Below are positions 11,282 to 22,269 of a DNA stretch of 48,739 bases, one piece after another. Under the pieces are notes generated by a model. The model was not told the origin of the DNA and made no database searches. It saw only the letters and a list, made by a program, of their open reading frames with translations. The position numbers and the translations under genes are program-made. Source of the stretch: Scyliorhinus canicula (lineage: Eukaryota); the NCBI RefSeq assembly GCF_902713615.1, contig NW_024055829.1, forward strand, positions 62,001 through 110,739, in the 5' to 3' direction. The first letter of the stretch is position 1. Every line of letters starts with the position of its first letter.

Positions 11282-11699
11282 TTGTTGTACATGAAATGAC
11301 GATATGCCCACAATATTACAACTATTCCTCCTCAATGTAATCATGTTCCCGCTTTGTCTTTGAGATGAAGATTCGCCATCAGCAGAGACGAATTACCAGC
11401 ACCGCAGGAATATCTCTAGTTTCCTTAAGCGACGCCCAGCTGGTCAGTTCCCGATAGGCTGGGGTTAGAATTCACCCAGAAAAGCTTGAGCCACCGAATG
11501 TATTAGACTGACACAAATTATGAAGTACCAGCTTTAATTTGTGAAGTCGTCAAGTGCAAAATTGAGAATGTAGAACAACATCTTTCAGGACCATCTATCC
11601 ACCCATCCATCAACCCCATTCACTAACTCCTTAATCAAAATATTCAGGGAACCAACCAACACCCATCCCGACATCAAAGCAGTACTCAGTTTATCTTTT

Positions 11700-12050
11700 C
11701 GGTGGATGGTGGGGAAGTGTTAATGTCATTGGACCAGTACTCCAAAGGCCCAGTCTAATTATCTGGGGACACGGGTGCAAATTCTACGATGGCCGGTGTT
11801 GGAATTTTTCAAATAATAAATCTGGAATACATATTAATGGTGACTATGAAATCCCCTCTGCTTCACCAATGAAGGAAATCTGACATCCCTCCCTGGTCTC
11901 ACCTACCAGAGGCTCCAGTCAGACAGCAACATGTCTGACTCCAGTTCGTTCTGAGCTGGCCCAGCAAACCGCTCAGTTCAAGAGCAATTAGGGACAGGGA
12001 TCACATGGTGGTCTTGTTAGTGAGTCTCAGATTCCATGAATGAATAAAGG
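11700..12050 (+). mobile_element. Old DeuSINE-like SINE
   Basis: Diverged match to 43657-43996 (GAAGGAAATCTG.C.TCC.T.CCTGGTCT..CCTA; tail CCATGAATGAATAAA). Confidence 0.6.
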
Positions 12051-12136
12051 GGAAAAATATGAATATACATATTTACCTATTACAAAATGTACCCTCTGTG
12101 ATAATCTACTTGTATTCTGTCCATCATCACAATGGT

Positions 12137-12261
12137 TTGAGTTTCACCTGAGGAAGGAGCAGTGCTCCGTAAACTCGTGTTTGAAACAAACCTGTTGGAC
12201 TTTAACCTGATGTTGTCAGACTTCTTACTGAGCTCACCCCAGTCCAAAGCCGGCATCTCCA
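12137..12261 (+). mobile_element. Penelope-like element terminal remnant with degenerate hammerhead motif
   Basis: Matches 46789-46903; flanked by 12-bp direct repeat CATCACAATGGT (12125-12136, 12262-12273); hammerhead core altered (GTAAACTC instead of GAAAGCTC). Confidence 0.7.
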
Positions 12262-13385
12262 CATCACAATGGTGTGAGATGTGGGAGAGATCCTCCAGCT
12301 TCTGAGAGGGGTCAGAGAAGCTGGATAACTCTCCTTTCCTTCGAGATGGGAACAGTTCACATAGGTTCACAATTTAAAACATACAATGATCTCCAGTACT
12401 GTTGCTGGGTAGATTTGTTTATAAATAGTCCTCATTGACAATGTTAAGAGTTTGAAGTTGGCTTGCAGCCAAGCGGTCAGCACTGAGGAAACAGATCTTT
12501 GGAAACAAAAGCAGATGTTTCCTGTAAACAACATTGAACATTCGAGCCTCCCTGGCTGCAGGCGGCTGGATTGCTGCCAAATACTGTGTGGGGCAGATTA
12601 ACCTGAATATGAATGGATAAAAAATAATTTATAAACATTCGGTGGTCAGTAAAAGGAGCTGCAGTAATTTGGATCTGAAGGATAACTTTGCTGATCGCCG
12701 CGTCCGTTCTGATTATTTAACTTCTCTGTCAAATGTTAATGTCAATTTTATGTTTTTCTGTGAACTCACTGTTTATTTATGAGGCAAGCGGGTTTCATTT
12801 ACCGCTAATGTTCACAGAACTGTCTGAGGCTCGGGCAGTTTGAGATATGCCAGGAGAAATGAGGCCAGCATCGTATGAGGCCCTTCTTCTTGTCTCCAGA
12901 GCCACATTGTGCAGTGATAACCACCCAAACTCTAAACAGAATCACTTTGTTCATTCCCGCATTTAGTTACATAAATCAATAACAATTCTTCTGATAAGTC
13001 ATACATTATTGCTGCAATGGGATAGAGATCCTGAGTGTTGCAAATCAGACTGACAGACGCTTTATGCACTGATAATGTATGTTAATCTGTTTCTGTTCCC
13101 CTTATATTGGAGTGCAGAAATTAAGGGATTTAATTTACAATGGAATTAGCTTTTATCAACAGATGCTCAAATGTAATTTCACCTTTAGGATGAGGAGAGA
13201 CATTAAAATAAACCCATTGAGACAAACAAATATCCGATACAGACAAATGCATATTTTAATAATAGTCTATAGTAAATCTCCGGGTCCATTCTGTTGGGGG
13301 TGTGGAAGGTGGGACGTGGATCCAGGCGCCGCCTCCACCAGGGAATTAACAGGCGGCGCCTGGAAAGCCGCCCCCTTCTGCCGGG

Positions 13386-13393
13386 TATTTAAA
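13386..13393 (+). promoter_or_regulatory. TATA-like box of the VH promoter
   Basis: TATTTAAA about 90-100 nt upstream of the leader ATG. Confidence 0.6.
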
Positions 13394-13484
13394 TGCCGCT
13401 CACTGGGACCCGAATCCAACAGTCCGGGAGCTGGTTTGTTCACTGAGTTCCTGACACAACCATTTCCCCCAAATGACCAGAAGG

Positions 13485-13530
13485 ATGAGGTGGGCCATTT
13501 CTCTCAGTTTGTTGCTGACTTTCTTATCCC
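13485..13530 (+). CDS. IGHV: IgH leader exon (MRWAISLSLLLTFLS-R); in-frame upstream ATG at 13473
   Basis: Hydrophobic signal peptide like shark IgM leaders; phase-1 donor C|GTGAGT at 13531 matches acceptor TTTTACAG|GT at 13658. Confidence 0.92.
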
Positions 13531-13658
13531 GTGAGTAGTTTTTATTGTCCAAGTCTCTCACTGTTACTGTCTCAGTGTTAGTCTCTCTCTGGAATGTTCC
13601 AGAGTCACCAATCATTTCACCAGCATTAATCCTCGGGCTTTTTGATATATTTTTACAG

Positions 13659-13981
13659 GTGTCCAGTCGCAGGTTGTGTTGATTCAGCCAGAGGCAGAGA
13701 CCGGGCGTCCCGGAGGCTCCTTAAGCCTGGCCTGTAGAACCAGGGGATTCACTCTAGACTACGCCTGGATGAGCTGGATCAGAGACATTCCTGGACATGG
13801 GATGGAGTGGTTGGTGAGCTACTTCGATTCATCTGAAAATGATTACGCCTCAGGGATGCAGAGTCGATTCACAGCATCGAAAGACACTTCAAACAATATC
13901 TTCGCTTTGGCCACGAGGAACCTGAAGGTTGAAGACACCGCCATCTATTACTGTGTAATATACTACAGCAGTCGTGGGCAG
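13659..13981 (+). CDS. IGHV: Shark IgM-type VH exon fused in frame to D-derived sequence (germline-joined VD or VDD)
   Basis: [25 protein letters not shown]...W...[15 protein letters not shown]...[17 protein letters not shown]; both Cys and the Trp intact, no stop. Confidence 0.93.
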
Positions 13982-14009
13982 CACAGCAGTTGCAGTCAAT
14001 GCAAAAACC
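13982..14009 (+). other. 12-bp-spacer recombination signal sequence (3' D-type RSS)
   Basis: Heptamer CACAGCA 13982-13988, 12-nt spacer, nonamer GCAAAAACC 14001-14009. Confidence 0.88.
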
Positions 14010-14327
14010 CCTCAGCACTAATTGACTGAAGTTGAATCAGTGTTCGCTTTCACTGTCAATCTTTATTTGAAGTACAGTATTATATATGTCCAGCACTGCT
14101 CAAATAAGAAGAATTAAGAAAATCAGAAAATTAAGTACCCATCACATGGTGATTCAATAATATTTTCATGCGTTACATTGAAATATACAACATGCGGGCC
14201 ATGAATGAAGTGCGAACGGCATCCACAAGTGCAATCATAATCTCATGAAAATTCTTTGACGTTACTTCTCCGTTGGTTTTTGACTATTTATAACAATGGT
14301 GGACTTCTGTCGATTTTGTGCAGAGCT

Positions 14328-14366
14328 GGTTACTGTTTGACTCAATCCGGGGAATGTGACACCGTG
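14328..14366 (-). other. 23-bp-spacer RSS of JH
   Basis: + strand GGTTACTGT 14328-14336, 23-nt spacer, CACCGTG 14360-14366 directly before J. Confidence 0.82.
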
Positions 14367-14414
14367 ACTCGATCGACTACTGGGGACAAGGCACCATGAT
14401 GACGGTGATTGCAG
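14367..14414 (+). CDS. IGHJ: JH segment (SIDYWGQGTMMTVIA)
   Basis: WGQGT motif; phase-1 donor G|GTAAGA at 14415. Confidence 0.93.
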
Positions 14415-15401
14415 GTAAGAACCATTCCATTATTTCGTAACTGTTTTCTCTGAGTCTTTGTTTTATATTTTTTTCTATTTTAACATAAATGCGAATGTGG
14501 TGGATTCTGTATTGAAATTTCCTTTTGAAACGTTTCCTGTGATTCTTCGGAAAAGGGTTGTAGAGCTGCTGTCACTTGACAAAAAGACACTGCTGAGCGA
14601 TTCAGACCCTGGTTATTGTGGTTTGATGTTTATTTGCTGAGGATACTATGTGGCCGGGTTACTTTAAATACTGCCGTCTGTTCAAGCGTTTGGCGTTTTT
14701 TACGATATTTATTCTGGATGGCATATAATGGCTACAGGTTTTATCATCTACTGCCAAGGGTTTGAAATCTACAGTAACGAATTATGTTACTTTCTCTGTT
14801 AATTTATTGAACCTGTTCCACTTACTCATAATGCTGATACGATAATTCCATATTTCTGTTAACTTTAACTATTCATTCACTTGGTGATAAGTGGATTTGG
14901 TGCGTCCTAAATTGAGATTTTCATGTAACATTACGTTTGATTCTGCTGATTGTAGAATTGATGTAATATGGTTGAGTTCCTCAGTGATGTGATTTTGTGT
15001 TTTTCTGCTGGGAGATTTTGTGTTTGGGTGATCTTGAATTGTTAAAATTTGAGAAATAGCTTTGTTATTCTGCCTTGTTTAAACTCGGTGATACTGAGCG
15101 GTTACATCTTTTCTGGTTGAATACAAACAGCCTACGTGTTTGAAACTGCTTAAGGCAGGATTGTTGGCAGCAAGCAGGCACGTTTCAGAAAATAATAAAA
15201 TCAACGTCTTTTAGTTCAATGTTTCTATTTTAACTGATATTCACAGATTCAACTAAATAATGGTTTGCAACCCTAAACATAACGTAATTCGTTCCCATAT
15301 TAACAAAGTAATATTGCAAATGTTAGACGAAAAGTAATATAATTCAAACAATTCTAACTCCATTCGAACCAAATATTCTAATGTTAATATCATTAATCAT
15401 T

Positions 15402-15586
15402 AGGGGATGGTTTAGCTCACTGGGCAAAAGAGCTGGCTTTGGAAGCAGGCCAAGGTAGGCCAGCAGCACGGTTCAATTCCCGTACCAGCCTCCCCAGACA
15501 GGCGCCGTAATGTGCCGACTAGGGGCTTTTCACAGTAGCTTCATTTGAAGCCCACTTGTGACAATAAGCGATTTTAGTTTTCATTT
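15402..15586 (+). mobile_element. Second tRNA-derived SINE family (short)
   Basis: GGTTTAGCTCACTGGG...GGTTCAATTCCCG head and GACTAGGGGCTTTTCACAG...GTGACAATAAGCG tail; other copies at 19273-19450, 45012-45092, 46919-47092. Confidence 0.75.
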
Positions 15587-17729
15587 CTTCTGCTGTGCTC
15601 TGTACACAGTTAACATGACAGGAGAAGTTACTAGACTGGAAATATTTTGTGATTATTCCTGAAAGTGTTTCAACAACAACATGCTGATTACAGCAGTCCT
15701 CGGGTTCACAAGATCTATTGAATTGATTGTTTTTCCCCTGATTGCTTTTGCATTCACTTAAATGGCAGTTTTGCATTTCATTTTGGCAATATATGTATCC
15801 AGTTATTATATTCTTTCTGTGCAGCTGCAACAACATGATTCTTCACATCCATTTGTAGTTGGTTAGTGAGATAATTGTCATTAACCTAATCTTAACCAGT
15901 TTTCTGAGAGGTGGACGTTGCTGGCCGTGAAGGAATTGTTCATATGATATTATTTGAATTATAGGAATGTTCAAACTGCACAGGGCTACAGACTGACAAG
16001 TAAAAGCTTGAAATTCAAAGTGATTGATGTAATTACAAAAGGTGAATATTAGCTTTGCAATAAATATTAACATCCTGACGAGCAGAGCTGTGCTGTACAC
16101 AGGATAGAATTATAGGAATTACATATGGCAGAATAGAAGAACAGGTTATTTCTGAGCTCACGCTTATTCTTGTTAAATATTAAATTGAAGTATAAAATCT
16201 CGACTCCATTTGCTCTTTAAGTTTCAGTGTCACATGTGACTTGAATGAACTGTTTCCATGTGTTTTACGCTGATTAATTAGGATCTCCTTCAATTGAGCA
16301 ATACTTTTAGTAATTAAGTTACAGGGAATGTCTGAGTTATTAAATCTCGGAAGCACGTTTATTGATCACAAACTGTCAGCCCCTTTATTTATTTATATAT
16401 AGTTTCGAGCTGGGACAGCACAAAATCTCGAGAGCCTTCCTTTAACAAACAGATGATGTTGTACCCCATCAACATTTAGTGCGATGTCAGCCCAGGTGAA
16501 AATGTTTACAATGTTGCTCTCACGAATTTATTTTGTAATTTACTCTCTGGGAATGGGTGCAATTAACGATTTACCAATGTGTTCGGAAACATGCATATTG
16601 ACTGTGTTTTTAGATTAAAAGAGGGCCATTGAAGTGCAACTAAATAAAATATTAAAATTGATTAGATTTATGTAAAAGTAATATATATGACTCAATGTTT
16701 CTAATAATTTAAAGGTTATTGTTTAACATTGTTTAAAATGTAATTAAACCTGGATTATTTCAATAGGTTCCAGGCATAAACAGGTTTTGGATTATTGAAC
16801 AATATTTTTAATTATAGTTATTATAGAGTTGACTTGAGTAGGGTGATCATTGCTCAGCACAACATCGAGGGCCGAAGGGCCTGTTCTGTGCTGTACTGTT
16901 CTATAGAGTACAAATCTGCTCATAAGAAAACAAAGTGACTATTAATGAGAACATATGATGCAACACAAATGCTAACTTTCAACATTAATGACCTACAGAT
17001 TCGCAGTCAAAATATTCAAGGATTTAGAGAATATTTAATCATATCAAAATTTATTTAGAGAAAACTACAATGCTTTATGAGGCTGAGAGCAGCTCGAAAA
17101 GGTATTTTGCCTAGATTTTTATGATGATTATATTTAACTAAGTAATTAGATCAAATCAGGTATTCTGTTTTCAGTGTGAATGTTTTGTGGCTTGTTTAAT
17201 TCTTACCGTGTCACGGAATCTATGTTACGCACATTAAACTACCCTCAATCTTTTATATTTGATGCCCAGTTTTCAAGTCACCGGACAGGGAGGAGAAATA
17301 GTTGAATGTCGAAAGGATTTTTGAAATGAGTATCAATTTAATTGCAAAGAGGTTTCTGAATTGCTCTTGCTGCACGTTAACCATTGATTTTTTTAACTGT
17401 CTCTGTGTGGAATGTGAAAGTTTGACTTGGATTTTCACTCGACGCCTCAGCAATGAGATCCCTAACCCATATTGCCAGAGGCAAAGAGAGAAGGAACGCC
17501 AGACAGAATGCAAAAGGAGATTTGTTGATTTTTAACCAATGATATATCTGTCTTGGGAATGTTCGACGAGGCAATGTAGAGGAAGAGTTACTCTTATTAT
17601 ATTCCATGCTTTAACAGTCCTTGTCCAATTGAATGGGGCAGTGGAGAGGAGGAAAAATCGCCTTTCTCTAATTATTAATCCTGTCATGCGATGTGAGAGT
17701 CACTGGAAAAGCGACAGTATGCTGACTCT

Positions 17730-18010
17730 GCGTATTGCCTCTTGAGAAAGTGTTGATTTCAAGCAGCCTTGAATTACTGCAATCCTTGTGTAGTGCCCAC
17801 AGTGCTGTTAGGGGGAGGGGGGGGGGGGGGGGGGGGGGGGGGTTTCCATGATTTTGACCAGCGGTAATTAAGGAATGGCAATATTGTTTCAAGGCAGGAT
17901 GGTGTGTGGCTAGGAAGGAACTTGCAAGTAGTGGGCCTTGTCTTTCTGGGTGGTAGAGGTCGTGGGTTTGGATGGTACGTTCGAAGGAGTTGGGCGAGAT
18001 GCTGCCACTG
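17730..18010 (-). mobile_element. L2/CR1-superclade LINE 3' fragment containing a long G run
   Basis: Reverse-complement similarity to about 23900-24200. Confidence 0.55.
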
Positions 18011-18377
18011 TTTGCTTTTGGTGGAGGGAATGGATATTTAGAAGGTGAATAGGGACGAAAGGGATAATGCTGGAAAGTCTCAGCAAGTCTTCAGATTCCA
18101 GCATCCGCAGTAATTTGCTTTTATCTAGTGAATAGGGACTAATTTGGCAGGTCCGTTTGTCCTGGACAGTACCGAATACTTTGAGGTTTTTAAAAATCCA
18201 GTTTCATTCATTGAGACAAGTGGAAATGATTTAGTCACAGACCTGACTTGTGGATGGTGAAATGTCTTTGGACGATAGGGGTTCTATTGCTTGTCACGGG
18301 ATCCCCAACCACCGGGTGGGTCTTGTAGCTACAGCATTTATATCCAAATTTGATTGAACCCTCCCCTGAGCATACTT

Positions 18378-18570
18378 TTTTTAAATAAAAATTGAGATTA
18401 CCCAATTATTTTTTCCAATTAAGGGGCAATTTAGTGTGGCCAATCCACCTACCCTGCACATCTTTGGGTTGTGGGGGCAAAACCCACGCAGACATGGGGA
18501 GAATGTGCAAACTCCACACAGACAGTGACCCAGAGCCGGGATCGAACCTGGGACCTCAGCGCCGTGCTGC
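18378..18570 (-). mobile_element. SINE with long target-site duplication
   Basis: HE1-like body flanked by CCTCCCCTGAGCATACTT at 18360-18377 and 18571-18588. Confidence 0.85.
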
Positions 18571-19272
18571 CCTCCCTGAGCATACTTGATGGAACGTATA
18601 AATGGTGTTTTGTTTTACATCAAACCAATGGTGTATCTCCACCCCTGCAGCAGGGGACAGGAGATTTGCGTGGAGGAGTGGGAGCTTACCCGGCATCCTA
18701 ACCTGCCCTATGCCTGGCCTGGAAGTCTTTTCTCCACAGAAAAGCAAATTGAATCAGCATCGAACTAACTGGCTGAGAGTTCCTGGGCCAGACATATGGA
18801 AATACATTGTTCTACTGTTGGGGGAAATGATGCACAATAATTGATTTTAACAATATTTTTATAACATGCATCAATTTGAATGAAATAATTACGTTGAAAC
18901 ATTTTTGAGTGTCAGAAATCATTGAATGTGAGTGACCTAAACTTCAGCACAATTTCATAATAAACAGGAACAGAAAGTGAGAGTAACGCTCCAGAGAGCA
19001 GCCGTCTGCTCTGATCTGACAGGAGGCTGCAAGTTATTTTCACAATTTAAATGGACAATGACGAACTCCCGCTCAAAATACCAATCAGAATAAACTAATG
19101 TCTGAAAATATTGTAATGTTAAATTATTTTTTAAAAATTACCAGTCAGGAATAAGCAGGATTGAGATCCAATTGTCCAACTCGGTCACAACACAGAGCAC
19201 AAAGTCAGTGGACTACATTTTTGTGAAAGATTTAAATATTTGCCCAACCCATGGCCCGCGGAGCTTATTGTG

Positions 19273-19450
19273 AAATGAAAATCGCTTATTGTCACGAGTA
19301 GGCTTCAATGAAGTTACTGTGAAAAGCCCCTAGTCGCCACATTCCGGCGCCTGTCCGGGGAGGCTGGTACGGAAATTGAACCATGCCGCTGGACTGCCTT
19401 GGTCTACTTTCAAAGCCAGCGATTTAGCCTGGTGAGCTAAACCAGCCCCT
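19273..19450 (-). mobile_element. Second SINE family copy
   Basis: Reverse complement of 15402-15586. Confidence 0.75.
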
Positions 19451-19559
19451 ATTGTGCTCCCTGACTCACCCCACCCACTGTAAGAGTGGGTGAGAGTATA
19501 TGTAGCGTTTGAGGATGAAGGATACTGAGAATATTGAGACTGGGGGTGGGCCAGACATA

Positions 19560-20160
19560 CACTTACACACATCACAGACTCTGACCTAAAACACACACAC
19601 ACTCTCGCTTTTTCTCATACTCTCTCACACCCATCCACACACAAACAGAATCTTAAACACACTATCACACATGTACACGCTCTCGCACTCTCTCTCTCTG
19701 GCACACATACAAACAATGGCTCTCTCACATATCCACACAAAAACACTCTCTCGCACACACACTCTCTTGCACACAGACGCACTCTCTATCGTACACACAT
19801 TGACAATTGCGCACACACATTATTTCTCTAACACACGCAGTCTCTCTCACAAAGACACTGCCGCTCTGTCACATACTCACTCACATATACACAGTCTGTC
19901 TCACACACATTCTCTGACACGTTGTCTGTCTCTCACGAACATTCACACAGTCTTTCTCGCTCTAATGACTCTCACACACACATTCTCACTCAGGCACACA
20001 CTCTGATATGCGCCCTCTCACAATATTTCACTAGCACAAACGTATTATATCCCTCTCCTGTACACCAGCCCTTTTACACATACATTCTCTCACACTTTCT
20101 CTCACTCATAGCCACTCTGTCACACACACAAACACACTGACACACCCACTATCTCTCACA
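19560..20160 (+). repeat. (CA)n/(CT)n-rich degenerate microsatellite
   Basis: Mixed ACAC and TCTC runs. Confidence 0.85.
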
Positions 20161-20536
20161 CCAAGGCCAATCCACCAAACATTCATTTCTTTGGAATGTG
20201 GGAGGACACCAGATTACCCGGAGGGAACCCACAAAGACAGGGGAGAAAGTACAAATTCCACACAGACAGTCACCCAAGGCCGAAACTGAACACAGATCCC
20301 TGGGGCTTTGAGGAAGCAGTGCTAAGCGCCGTGCCACCGTGCTGCCCCAACTAGCGATTATAAATTATGTAGCTACAAGAACAGGTCAGAGGCTGGGAAT
20401 CCTGCTGCGAAAAACTCACCTCACGCCTCCCCAAACCCTGTCCACCATCTGCAAAGCACACCTAATCAAGGCTCCTCGGACAGCATCTTCCTAATCTACG
20501 ACTGCTACCATTGTTCCAGTTCTGAATGACATCAAC

Positions 20537-21120
20537 ATTAAAGCAGCTGCCCAGTGATCTACACTGCTGTCTGACATTACACAGCCGGTATTACTGAAAG
20601 TATTAAAGCAGCTGCCCAGTGATCTACACTGCTGTCTGACTGTACACAGCCGGTGTTACTGACAGTATTAAAGCAGCTGCCCAGTGATCTACACTGCTGT
20701 CTGACTGTACACAGCCGGTGTTACTGACAGTATTAAAGCAGCTGCCCAGTGATCTACACTGCTGTCTGACTGCACACAGCCGGTGTTACTGACAGTATTA
20801 AAGTAGCTATCCAGTGATCTACACTGCTGTCTGACTGTACACAGCCGGTGTTACTGACAGTATTAAAGTAGCTATCCAGTGATCTACACTGCTGTCTGAC
20901 TGTACACAGCCGGTGTTACTGACAGTATTAAAGCAGCTACCCAGTGATCTACACTGCTGTCTGACTGTACACAGCCGGTGTTACTGAAAGTATTAAAGCA
21001 GCTGCCCAGTGATCTACACTGCTGTCTGACTGTACACAGCCGGTGTTACTGAAAGTATTAAAGCAGCTACCCAGTGATCTACACTGCTGTCTGACTGTAC
21101 ACAGCCGGTGTTACTGAAAG
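20537..21120 (+). repeat. 65-bp minisatellite, 9 copies
   Basis: Unit ATTAAAGCAGCTGCCCAGTGATCTACACTGCTGTCTGACTGTACACAGCCGGTGTTACTGACAGT; starts at 20537, 20602, 20667, 20732, 20797, 20862, 20927, 20992, 21057. Confidence 0.97.
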
Positions 21121-21299
21121 CTGATCAATGTGGAGAATCAGGACAGGATCGATGAAGAGGAAGAGGAGGAGGTGGGATGGTGGAGCCGATTGGAAGAGCC
21201 CCCAGCTCGGCTGTGGACAACAGGCAACAGAAAGCTGAGTCTGAGTGGAAAATTATCCTGAGAATCATAATTCACACGGGCATGGATTACCTGGCAATG

Positions 21300-22190
21300 A
21301 TTATTCACTCTCCCCTCACTCACACACCCTTATCGCTCACATACCTACCTCACTCATTCACCGCACGCACCTACCTTCTCTCACCCACCCTCACTTGCTC
21401 ACTCAGGCTCAGACACTCTCTCTCACACTCAACCACAAACCCTTAATCACCTATCCTTACTCACCCATTCTCATTTACTCACACTCAATCTCTCACTCAC
21501 GCACACTCACCGAACCTCACTGACCCAGCCGCACTCGCTTAAACTCACTCACTCACCTTCACTTACCCTCATTCGCCCAACCTCACTCATCCATCCTCAC
21601 TCTCAGCCTCTCTCACCCACCGTCACTCACCGACCCTCACTCAACCTCCCTCACCCGCACTCACTCATCTACCCACCCTCTTTCACACTCACTCAGTCAT
21701 CCTCACCCATCCATTAACCTCCACGTACCTTCATTCACCCATCCTCGCTCACGCACCCTCACTCATCCTTACTCATTCAACGTCATTCACTCATCTTCCC
21801 TCATCCACCTTCACTCACCCTCAATGACGCTCACTCACTAACCCTTCCTCACCCTCATTCACCCACTCTCACTCATCCATCCAGCCTCACACCCTCATTC
21901 ACCAGCCTCACTCACACTCTCTCACCTTTACTAACTAACCCATCCTCGCTCATTCACCCTCACTCACCCTCATTCATGCGTCCTCACTCACTCACCCTAA
22001 AACACTCACCATCCCTCATGCACTCCCACACACCATCGCCCATTAACGCTCACTCACTCCCATTGAGCCATACTCACTCACCCTCATTTAGCCACACTCA
22101 CTCACACACCCTTATTCACGAATCCTCAGTTACCCATACTCACTCACGCTCACTCACCAATCCTCGCTCACCCACATATACGTATAGCTA
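21300..22190 (+). repeat. CTCA/CCCT-rich low-complexity tract (C-rich, G-poor + strand)
   Basis: Degenerate CTCACTCACC repeats. Confidence 0.85.
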
Positions 22191-22269
22191 CCAAAGAGTC
22201 GTAAACATGTTCAAGCTAAAACACGGGACTAGTTGTGTGCCAAACACCATGAGCAGCAAGTAATAGACA

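Noticed and set aside
13964-13970. TACAGCA as the V heptamer
   Set aside because: Lacks the essential CAC and would need a 30-nt spacer; CACAGCA at 13982 fits a 12-nt spacer exactly
14275-14283. GGTTTTTGA nonamer-like motif suggesting a separate D segment between V and J
   Set aside because: No CAC(A/T)GTG-like heptamer at 12, 22 or 23 nt spacing
17813-17842. Long poly-G runs (also 1336-1358 and about 9084-9135) as functional G-quadruplexes
   Set aside because: They lie in decayed retroelements, and their lengths are unreliable in assemblies
20537-21120. 65-bp array as CRISPR or as cryptic RSS array (CACAGCC in each unit)
   Set aside because: Units are head-to-tail with no unique spacers, the context is eukaryotic, and no nonamer lies at 12 or 23 nt
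19671-22263. His/Thr/Ser/Leu-rich ORFs
   Set aside because: Translations of CA/CT low-complexity DNA
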